DNA of 28,018 nucleotides from a virus (Duplodnaviria; Caudoviricetes): IMG/VR virus record IMGVR_UViG_3300025267_003074, positions 1-28,018 of that record. One strand, given 5' to 3'. The translations under genes were made by a program, and so were the position numbers. The first letter of the stretch is position 1. Every line of letters starts with the position of its first letter. Shown here piece by piece: positions 1 through 8,118 of this stretch. The notes beneath the pieces were generated by a model. That model was not told the DNA's origin, did no database searches, and saw only the letters and a program-made list of their open reading frames with translations.

Positions 1-17
1 ATACTGGAATAGATGGT

Positions 18-3000
18 TTGGCGACTATCAATTCTGGTACTGATAATATAGCTATAGGTCAAGCTACCGGCGGAACTGTAACTGTAAAAAATGACCTTCA
101 AGTAGAGGGTGATATTAATGTAACAGGCTCAGGCGCAGTAGAAGTAAACGTAACTACTCAAGGAACTGTGCTTATAGACTCTACTAATGCTGAAGCATTG
201 TTAGTGCGTAAAAATGGTGATGCGGGAGATATACTGACAGTAGATACCTACGCTAGTAAAGTAACCATGGGTGGTCCAATATTAGCTTCTAATGGGACAG
301 CAGGAGCTCCAGCTTATTCTTTTTCAGGTGACCCTGATACTGGATTCTATTGGACGTCAGTAAATACTTTTGCATTAGCTGCTGGAGGTACGGCAGTAGC
401 AACATTCACTACTACAGCCCTAAATCCTGGATCCGACGGGGCGTACTATTTAGGCCAAAGTGGCCAGCGCTGGAAGGGACTTAGTATTGATGCTGATAGC
501 ACAAACGGCGCAGGACTGGATATAATCAATTCAACAACTCAGACTAGCGGAAGCTTAGTAACTATAACTGGTACGGCTAATAAGGTAGCCCTAGAAGTAG
601 CTACAGGCTATTTGCGGGTAGGTGGCAATATAATTAATGATACTGATAATTCTTATGATATAGGCACATCAACCAGGCAGTTTAAAGATATATATATAAA
701 TGGTATCGGTTATATAGATCAACTTGGCACAGATTCTGACCCTATAACAGCTTATATTAATAGTGGAGAAATAGATGATACCCCAATAGGTACTGAGAAT
801 CACTCTACAGGAAAGTTTACTACTCTAGAAGCTAGTGGAGCAGTAACTATAGGTGGTGATATAGACTTTAATAGTGCTACTATTAATACAGCTTCACAGG
901 AAGTTACAGTAGAGGTAAAGCCCGTAATAGGCTCGTTTCACTTTGATGGAGCTGCTGACAATATTTTATCTATTGATGGTGCCAGTAACAGGGTCGGTAT
1001 TGGGACTGCTACACCAGATTATATGTTAGAACTTGAATCTAGCACCAACAATTCACCTACTTTATGTTTAACAAATTCATCTACTTCAGACCAATTAGGC
1101 TCAAACATAATTTTTAGAAATAGTCACACTGATGGAGTAACCTCAGAAGGTCAATCTCTTGGAGATATGGTTTGGCAGGCTAGTAACAATGAAGACTCTA
1201 ATGCTTATCAAAACGCTTGTGCAATTAAAGGTATAGCAGGTGCAGAGATAGGGTCAAGTGGGGACCCAAGTGACTCTCCTGGGGAGTTACAATTTTGGAC
1301 TACCCCAAATGGTTCTGAATCTTTAGCACAAAGAATGACAATACTTGAAAGTGGCAATGTCGGTATTGGGACTAGTTCGCCAGGTACAGCCTTAGAAATT
1401 GGTGATGGAAGTTCAACCAGTGCTACTATTACTTTAAATGGTTATAGTAGTGCTGATTCAAGGATTCTTTTTGAGAATAATACTTCTACGATGGGGGTTA
1501 TTGGATATGACATCAGTACATCTACCACAGACTTAAAGATAAATTGCTCAGCCAATTTAAGTGATAATCATTTAGTTGTTCAAAGTGATGGCAATGTCGG
1601 TATTGGGACTACTTCACCAGATACTTTATTAGACATAGGAAGTGCCAGTATTGGGACAAGTGCTCCACATATACGAATTTCAAATACAAAAAATGCTGCT
1701 GATTGGCACGCGTCAAATGAAGAAGCTATTGGGGGATTGGAATTTTATAGTGCAGATACAAGTGGTGATGGTGGTGCAGGGGTAAAATCCTCAGTAAGAG
1801 CTTATAATGATAATACTACTTATGGTGGATATTACGGATTAAAGTTTGGCGTATCTGGTTCTACTGCTTCTGGTGGAAACGATTATACCGCTATGACTAT
1901 AAAGGCATCTGGCAATGTCGGTATTGGGGTTGTAGGTCCCAATACCAAACTAGAAGTTCTTGCTGGCACTGCTAATCAATTAAAACTCTCCTTTGATGCA
2001 ACTGAAAATTGCACATTTGGCGTAGATACTAATGGCTATCTTACAATTACCCCTAGTGGTAATAATATATTGTTAGCGGATACAGTGACAAATTTAAAGA
2101 ATACTACGTATACTTCAGGCTTATTCACTGGAGATGGTTGGGGTATATATAAATCAGGGTCTGACTATAATCTTGAGGTAGATAATCTTTGGGTAAGAGG
2201 ATCTATGTTTGTATGGGAGCTTGTCATAAATCAGATTAGAGCTACAAACGGAAGCCTAGTGGTGACCTCTGCAGCTAAAGTATCTGCTGTAACTAATGTA
2301 TCTGGAGATACATGGAATCTAACTTTTGAAACTGGTGATACTTCTGATGTAGATTACCATCCTTTTGCTAATGGTGATCTTATTATGTCACATGAAAGTA
2401 CGCTTGGGGAGAATGGATCTCCAGCAGTTATAACTGAGACGCAATTTCAGGTGACTGATATAGCTGTTGGTGACGTAAATGTACTGGAAGCCACCAAAGA
2501 AAGCACTACTAATGATCCCGCTGTAGGTATGACTTTTGTTAGAGTTGGGAATACTAGTGACGCGGCTAGGCAGGGAGGCGTTTATCTTACATCAGATGAC
2601 TCAGGGTCACCATTTATAGATATATGGAATGGGGTAACAGATTTTGCCAATGGAGAAGCAGCTACATCAGGTGACTGGGAACATAGTGATAAGGTTAAAG
2701 TGAGGCTAGGTAGACTTGATGGACAAACTGGTGGGGATAATGAATATGGAATGTGGGCTGGTAAAACTTCAACTAATTATATAAAGGCTAGTACATCTGG
2801 TGTCTTTATAAAGGGTGATGAGGCTACATATCTTAAGGCTGATGCTGCTAAGATAGAGTTTTATGATAATAATAAGAAGATGGATATTACTGGCAATAGC
2901 ATAAAGATGTATGCTGATGATGGCGCTACTGTTATGACTGAGTGGGATAATACTACTCTTGTTTTAGGTGGAGATGTAGAGGCTGATCCTGCTAATTATT

Positions 3001-5822
3001 CATATTCTACTGTTATTGCTCCTACTGCTGTTACAGTGTATGGTGCTAATGCTACAGATGGTGTTTTTATAACCAATACTGGAGTTGAGATTAAAAAAGA
3101 TACGAATGATTCACTATCCTTAACGTCTGGAAGTATAATTATGAAGAGTAATAATACTCCTCAACTTGCTGTCAGTGAATATGGTATGAATATTGGGCCA
3201 GCTGCTGTTGCTCCTTCTTCTGCAGACTCTCCATCAGCAGTTATTGCTAATGTTAGTGTACACTCTGGTGGGGTTAATATATATGGAGGGACTGACGTAG
3301 ATGACAATGTAGCAATTAATGATACTGGAATGATAGTTACTGTAGGTAATAACGCTGTAGCAGATTTTGGTTCAAATGTAACTTTAAATGGAGGCATAAT
3401 AACTCTTAATGGAGATAGTCAGACACCTACAGATAACCAACTAACAATTACAGATGGTTCTATCAGGATTAAAGAAGGGGGGATTGGATATTTTTCAATA
3501 GTAGAAGGCACAGTAACAGTTGGACAGGCTACTAGGGGCCATATTGAACTAGATTCGGGCGGCTTAACAGTTATGGATACATTTGATAAAGTAGTGTCAA
3601 CCTTTAGGTCGAATGAACTTCGTCTTACACCTAAAGGCCAGACTAGTCCATCAGCTGGAGATAAACAAGTAAAGGTTACTGGCAGCACCATAACTTTTGA
3701 GGAATTCATCGGGCTGGGCGTATGGAGCATTAAGTCTAGCTTTGGTCGTGATATAACTCTAAAAGCTGGAATTATAAGTGTACAGACAGATACTTCTGGT
3801 GTAAACTCAGAGGTAGAAATCTCTAGTACAGGGGTTGAAATAATTGGGCCAGCATCTGAAAAGCTTTCTGTAGATAGCGGTGCTCTGACATTCTATGATG
3901 GTACCAATAATAGAGCAAGTATTAGTTCAACTCATCTAAGGCTATGGAACGAAGCTGGTGATTTAGGGCTGGAAGCTAATAGTAGTGCTCTTAAAATTTA
4001 TGGACCTGGCAGTACTAATGATTACATAGAGCTGGATGGTGATGGAATAACACTGGTAAATGATAATAAGGATAATATAATTATAGGTACTGAGAGTGGT
4101 GACAACTATTCCAGCATCCGACTTGGCTCTAAGAATTTATCCTCCCCTGGCGCCGCAGATTATCGCATTAAAGTTATGCCTGATCAGGAAGGGATAAAAT
4201 TTCAAAGATATAGTTCTGTTACCCCAGCGTCATGGCTCCCATTATTGAGTTTAGATTATGACGATGGTTTAACTATTTATGATGCTAATTATGCCAGTAA
4301 TCCTGACGTAAAAATAGCTAGCTTTGGAAGGGGTACTGACCCTATTGTGAGAGTTGGGAAGTATGAAAATGACTCTTCTCGCCTAGAAATAGATGTAAGT
4401 GGTAATCTATCTATAATAAATAGAGTATCAGGTACTGACACTACTGCAATATCTCTAAATAGTTCTGGCAGTGCTAGTTTTACAGGTGCTGTTACTGCAA
4501 CTTCGGGTACATTCACAGGTACGATTAACGCATCAGGGGGATCTTTTACTGGATCGGTCAATGTTGCTTCCAATATTGTAATAAATACTTGGGGTGGCAC
4601 TATATTGTTTGGATCTGGTTCTACACGAGAAAATATATTAATAGGCCCCTCTACCAGCAAGCCTGGGGATGCATTAACTGATACTACTAACACTAATGAT
4701 AATATAGCTATAGGTGCAAATACACTATATAAGACTGAAGACGGCTCTTATAATATTGCAATAGGCCAGTCCGCTATGAGGTTCATCAATAAAGATAACA
4801 CCGATACCTATTTACATTGTTTGACAAATACTGCAGTTGGCGCCTTTGCTATGCAGGGGTGGGGCCAGGCAGGATATAATAATAGTGCAAGAGATAATGT
4901 AGCAATAGGGTACAATGCTGCGGTGAACTTTGGACAACATAATTCTTCTTCTCTTATTAATGGCAATGTGTGTATAGGTGCTAATGCAGGTGCTGTTGTA
5001 AGTGGGGATAAAAATATAGCTATAGGTTTTGAAGCAGGCATGGGCTTGCAGACAAATACTGATAATATTATAATAGGTAATGGTGCTGAGCCAGGAGGGT
5101 CAGCTTATGTGAATACTATTGTGATCGGAAAGGATGCCACAGGAATGGGGTCTAACACGGTAAAAATAGGCAGCTCTTCTATAACTCATACTAGGCTCCA
5201 GGGAGATGTAAGTATAGGAACTGATAGTGTTGGGAGAATTAATCAGGGCAATTGGGCGACAACTCTTACTATAGAGTCGGATGCAGATTCCCCTGGCAAT
5301 GAGGACCCTCCTATTATAGAACTTAGCTATCATGGCGAGAGCCTAACTGGAGAAAATATTGGATGTATTGCTATGCTTGCTAATGGAAACCCATTAGTAC
5401 AAATAATAGGAGAGACTCAGAATACCTCAGAGAATACTGGAGATTTAAGGTTCTTATTGATGCATAATAGCACTGTTGAAGAAAGGTTTAGGATAACTTC
5501 TGATGGAAATGTTGAAGGCACTCATGGAGACTATCATACTGCCTCAGATATAAGGCTAAAAGATAATATAGAAACTATTCCTAATGCGCTAGAGAGGGTA
5601 AAATCTTTGAGAGGTGTTAACTTCACATGGAAGGATAAGGATAAAGAAAAACTTAGAATTGGTTTAATAGCTCAAGAGGTGGAAGAGGTGTTCCCAGAGT
5701 CAGTACATACAGAGGATACTGAAGAGGCTATTAAATCTGTTGAGTATCAATTTCTTGTCGGGGCATTAGTGGAAGCGGTTAAAGAGCTATCAGCAAAGGT
5801 GGAAGCACTTGAAGCTCAATAA
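18..5822 (+). CDS. Large tail fibre/tail spike protein with GNVGIGT repeats and C-terminal peptidase S74 intramolecular chaperone (probably 5'-truncated by the window)
   Basis: The 1934-aa ORF is Gly/Thr/Ser/Asn-rich and beta-rich. It has four (G/N)xVGIG(T/V) repeats and NIAIG/NVAIG/NVCIG beta-roll-like repeats near 4700-5150. The C-terminal SDIRLKDNI...LRGVNFTW...GLIAQEVEEVFPE...LVEAVKEL matches the S74 chaperone pattern. The frame is open to the window edge upstream of the TTG at 18, so the real start may lie outside. Confidence 0.9.
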   Translation: MATINSGTDNIAIGQATGGTVTVKNDLQVEGDINVTGSGAVEVNVTTQGTVLIDSTNAEALLVRKNGDAGDILTVDTYASKVTMGGPILASNGTAGAPAYSFSGDPDTGFYWTSVNTFALAAGGTAVATFTTTALNPGSDGAYYLGQSGQRWKGLSIDADSTNGAGLDIINSTTQTSGSLVTITGTANKVALEVATGYLRVGGNIINDTDNSYDIGTSTRQFKDIYINGIGYIDQLGTDSDPITAYINSGEIDDTPIGTENHSTGKFTTLEASGAVTIGGDIDFNSATINTASQEVTVEVKPVIGSFHFDGAADNILSIDGASNRVGIGTATPDYMLELESSTNNSPTLCLTNSSTSDQLGSNIIFRNSHTDGVTSEGQSLGDMVWQASNNEDSNAYQNACAIKGIAGAEIGSSGDPSDSPGELQFWTTPNGSESLAQRMTILESGNVGIGTSSPGTALEIGDGSSTSATITLNGYSSADSRILFENNTSTMGVIGYDISTSTTDLKINCSANLSDNHLVVQSDGNVGIGTTSPDTLLDIGSASIGTSAPHIRISNTKNAADWHASNEEAIGGLEFYSADTSGDGGAGVKSSVRAYNDNTTYGGYYGLKFGVSGSTASGGNDYTAMTIKASGNVGIGVVGPNTKLEVLAGTANQLKLSFDATENCTFGVDTNGYLTITPSGNNILLADTVTNLKNTTYTSGLFTGDGWGIYKSGSDYNLEVDNLWVRGSMFVWELVINQIRATNGSLVVTSAAKVSAVTNVSGDTWNLTFETGDTSDVDYHPFANGDLIMSHESTLGENGSPAVITETQFQVTDIAVGDVNVLEATKESTTNDPAVGMTFVRVGNTSDAARQGGVYLTSDDSGSPFIDIWNGVTDFANGEAATSGDWEHSDKVKVRLGRLDGQTGGDNEYGMWAGKTSTNYIKASTSGVFIKGDEATYLKADAAKIEFYDNNKKMDITGNSIKMYADDGATVMTEWDNTTLVLGGDVEADPANYSYSTVIAPTAVTVYGANATDGVFITNTGVEIKKDTNDSLSLTSGSIIMKSNNTPQLAVSEYGMNIGPAAVAPSSADSPSAVIANVSVHSGGVNIYGGTDVDDNVAINDTGMIVTVGNNAVADFGSNVTLNGGIITLNGDSQTPTDNQLTITDGSIRIKEGGIGYFSIVEGTVTVGQATRGHIELDSGGLTVMDTFDKVVSTFRSNELRLTPKGQTSPSAGDKQVKVTGSTITFEEFIGLGVWSIKSSFGRDITLKAGIISVQTDTSGVNSEVEISSTGVEIIGPASEKLSVDSGALTFYDGTNNRASISSTHLRLWNEAGDLGLEANSSALKIYGPGSTNDYIELDGDGITLVNDNKDNIIIGTESGDNYSSIRLGSKNLSSPGAADYRIKVMPDQEGIKFQRYSSVTPASWLPLLSLDYDDGLTIYDANYASNPDVKIASFGRGTDPIVRVGKYENDSSRLEIDVSGNLSIINRVSGTDTTAISLNSSGSASFTGAVTATSGTFTGTINASGGSFTGSVNVASNIVINTWGGTILFGSGSTRENILIGPSTSKPGDALTDTTNTNDNIAIGANTLYKTEDGSYNIAIGQSAMRFINKDNTDTYLHCLTNTAVGAFAMQGWGQAGYNNSARDNVAIGYNAAVNFGQHNSSSLINGNVCIGANAGAVVSGDKNIAIGFEAGMGLQTNTDNIIIGNGAEPGGSAYVNTIVIGKDATGMGSNTVKIGSSSITHTRLQGDVSIGTDSVGRINQGNWATTLTIESDADSPGNEDPPIIELSYHGESLTGENIGCIAMLANGNPLVQIIGETQNTSENTGDLRFLLMHNSTVEERFRITSDGNVEGTHGDYHTASDIRLKDNIETIPNALERVKSLRGVNFTWKDKDKEKLRIGLIAQEVEEVFPESVHTEDTEEAIKSVEYQFLVGALVEAVKELSAKVEALEAQ
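993..1928 (+). repeat. Dispersed DNA-identical repeats encoding (GN)VGIG(T) inside the tail fibre gene
   Basis: TGGCAATGTCGGTATTGGGACTA occurs at 1352-1374 and 1589-1611 (23-nt exact match). Shorter copies are TGGCAATGTCGGTATTGGG at 1910-1928 and GTCGGTATTGGGACT at 993-1007. Confidence 0.9.
5544..5819 (+). other. Peptidase S74 / intramolecular chaperone autocleavage domain
   Basis: S-D-I-R-L-K (Ser1843/Lys1848 dyad in ORF-track numbering), followed by GLIAQEVE and a terminal coiled coil. Confidence 0.9.
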
Positions 5823-5828
5823 TAATAG

Positions 5829-5876
5829 TTGCTTAATAGGTATTAGTAGTGTTAAATTCCTCGGAATTTTAAGGAG
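5829..5876 (+). promoter_or_regulatory. Putative sigma70-type promoter with overlapping palindrome and SD upstream of the core-protein operon
   Basis: TTGCTT (5829-5834), an 18-nt spacer, then TAAATT (5853-5858) preceded by TGT (extended -10). An inverted repeat AAATTCC-TC-GGAATTT lies at 5854-5869 and the SD AAGGAG at 5871-5876. Confidence 0.4.
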
Positions 5877-5882
5877 TTATTT

Positions 5883-7781
5883 ATGAGCGTAATGGATAGA
5901 CGCTTACGTTATGTAGACAGAAAGAGACTGAATAGAGAGCGTGAGCTTGCTAAACAGGAACAAATTGACTTAGCGCAGAAGCAGCAGATGTATACTCTCG
6001 GTGGGGCTGCTGTAAGCGGTGCCTTTAAGCTGCGTGAATCCAATATACAAAGAAATAAGGCTAAGTTAGGAAAGGTTGTGGGAGAGAATCAATGGGGTAT
6101 TTCAGCTGATACTTCTTTATATGAGCAATATCAGCCTGAGAGCCTCCTTGGTAAGGCTAAAAATCTAGTTACTGGTGGAAGTGTAGTACAGAATCCTGCA
6201 GTAGCTCAACAAATACTTAAACATACAGAAGAACAAACAGGCAAGATTCCTGAAACTGGTGATTACTCTAAAGGGGAGCGGCTTAGTGAGATTCCTGCAG
6301 AAGGTGGCGTCATAGAGTATGAGCCCGCTGCTAACGATATAAAGACTTATAGTTCAACACCTAAAACTGTGACAGATTATGATCCTTCTTTTACCGAGGA
6401 TTCCTTTACTAGTGCAGAAGGTTTAGAGGCTGGTACTGGACAAGTTCTGAGTGAAGATGAACTTTTTATGCAAGGGTATGATAATGAACCTATTTATAAT
6501 GAGGAAGAGCTTGCATCTGCTTATAGCAAGCAATATGGCTCTCAGTTTATAAATAAAGATAATCCATTTGCAACATCTGGTAGCGGGGAATCCTACGATG
6601 TATTAAGAGATCCAGCTAGCACTAAGTCTATGCCGGCTGGTGGAGATATGGGCTCTAGTGCAATCCATGGAAGGGCTGGAAGAGTACTTTATGATGCTGC
6701 AACAGAAGATATGAAGGAACCTTTAGATTTTTCTTCCAGTTTTACACGTCCTCTGGGCACTGAAGATATTAAGCCAATCTCTCCTGTTCCTGAACGCTTT
6801 AAAGCTCCTGGGCCAGGAAGTCAACCTATGCCTGAAGTTATGCAAAATATGCGAAATGCAGAGCTAGCTAAATCGCAGGGTGTTAGCGCTGAAGTAGACT
6901 TTAATAAGGCATTATCTGAGGGAAGGAATCCATTAGATGACTCTTTTAATACCAGCCAAACGCTTAATCCTAATAGCCCTATACAGAGTAGATCTCCGCA
7001 ACTTAGAGGAGGAGGGGACTCTTTTAGGCCTGGTGAGGCTACTAAGACAGCGGTAAATAACATAAAAAAGAAGACTCATGATTCAAGGTTGGGCTTATCT
7101 TCCCAGCTTGAGACTCAAAGTAAGATTAAAACTGGAACGAATGCTTTAGGCTCTGCATATAGTGCTTATAAAGCTGGTAAAGTTCTTACTGATGAAGATT
7201 CAAGTGCGTTAGAAAAAACTCAAGCGGGCCTTAATGTGGCTGATGTAGGCCTAAAGGCGGCAAAAGCAGTTGCTAAAAAGACAGCAACAGAGACGGTTGC
7301 GAAAGAAGCTGGCAAAACAGTTGCAAAGGAAGCTGGTAAAACAGTTGCAAAAACAGGTGCAACAGCAGCGGGAAGTTTAGCATCTGGCATAGGTATAGGG
7401 ACATCTGCTGTTGCTACAGTTGCATCAGCCAAGGCAGCCCAGGACGCCTGGCAGTCGGGAGATAAGTTTGCTGGTGCAGCCCATGGAGTTAGTGCCGTTG
7501 GATCAGGACTTACTACTGTAGCCGACGCTGCAACAGCCACTGGTATTGGAGCTATTGTAGGGGTGCCTTTAAGGGCGGTGGGAATGGCGCTTAGTACAGC
7601 AGGAACAGTAGCCACCCTAGGAAAGGCAGGTCATGATATAGCTACAGCAAGTGCAAGTGGGCCAGGATCTTCTTCTCCAGCAGATGATATAGCTACAGTT
7701 CCGCGCGGGAGGGTAGATAGGCTCTCAACTAAAAGAGGAAAGTCTAATAGAGGCAATTTTAGAGGATTAAACTATGCGTAA
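5883..7781 (+). CDS. Putative virion core/ejection protein (low complexity, Ala/Gly-rich hydrophobic C-terminal region)
   Basis: 632 aa with a strong SD (AAGGAG) and no cysteine. The middle is acidic and looks disordered. It contains TVAKEAGK repeats and glycine-zipper-like helices (ATGIGAIVGVPLRAVGMALSTAG). It lies between the tail fibre and virion RNAP genes. Confidence 0.6.
   Translation: MSVMDRRLRYVDRKRLNRERELAKQEQIDLAQKQQMYTLGGAAVSGAFKLRESNIQRNKAKLGKVVGENQWGISADTSLYEQYQPESLLGKAKNLVTGGSVVQNPAVAQQILKHTEEQTGKIPETGDYSKGERLSEIPAEGGVIEYEPAANDIKTYSSTPKTVTDYDPSFTEDSFTSAEGLEAGTGQVLSEDELFMQGYDNEPIYNEEELASAYSKQYGSQFINKDNPFATSGSGESYDVLRDPASTKSMPAGGDMGSSAIHGRAGRVLYDAATEDMKEPLDFSSSFTRPLGTEDIKPISPVPERFKAPGPGSQPMPEVMQNMRNAELAKSQGVSAEVDFNKALSEGRNPLDDSFNTSQTLNPNSPIQSRSPQLRGGGDSFRPGEATKTAVNNIKKKTHDSRLGLSSQLETQSKIKTGTNALGSAYSAYKAGKVLTDEDSSALEKTQAGLNVADVGLKAAKAVAKKTATETVAKEAGKTVAKEAGKTVAKTGATAAGSLASGIGIGTSAVATVASAKAAQDAWQSGDKFAGAAHGVSAVGSGLTTVADAATATGIGAIVGVPLRAVGMALSTAGTVATLGKAGHDIATASASGPGSSSPADDIATVPRGRVDRLSTKRGKSNRGNFRGLNYA
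7293..7352 (+). repeat. 24-nt tandem repeat (2.5 copies) encoding TVAKEAGK
   Basis: acggttgcgaaagaagctggcaaa / acagttgcaaaggaagctggtaaa / acagttgcaaaa. The copies differ only at synonymous positions. Confidence 0.9.
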
Positions 7782-8118
7782 ATATATAAAAAATATAAAG
7801 GTAGGTGATTATGTTAAGTCTCTTAACTTTAAGACTGGTGAATTAGAGAAGCATAAAGTAGAAAGTACGTTCTCTGGAGAAAGTGATCATTACTATATTA
7901 TTAATAAGAAGATAAAGGTTACAGGAGCTCATCCTTTTTATGCCAATGGTAAGTGGACTAAGGTTGAAGATCTATCTACAGGAGATATGTTATTAGACGC
8001 AAAAGGAAAATCTGTCAAGATAAAAAGTATCTCAAAAGTAGACTCCCCAATTACTATCTTTAATATGGAGGTAGAGGGCACTCATAATTATTTCGCTGGG
8101 GGATTTCTAGTACATAAT
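7774..8118 (+). other. Hint/intein C-terminal fragment (IntC, 115 aa; BIL-A/pretoxin-HINT-like)
   Basis: TxxH (T50, H53), NMEVEGTHNYFA and terminal His-Asn (H114-N115). The +1 residue is Lys, not Cys/Ser/Thr. There is no homing endonuclease. Confidence 0.9.

Noticed and set aside
993-1928. CRISPR array or DGR template/variable repeat interpretation of the tail-fibre repeats
   Set aside because: The repeats are in-frame coding motifs with irregular 240-360 nt spacing. There is no long adenine-specific mismatch pair and no reverse transcriptase or cas gene in the window.
7700-7781. Hint block A supplied by the upstream gene through frameshift or readthrough, making an ordinary contiguous Hint
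   Set aside because: The 632-aa protein has no Cys, an in-frame TAA lies at 7768-7770, and I see no CF/CL-x-x-(D/G)-T motif upstream. The matching block A is at the 3' end of the same ORF.
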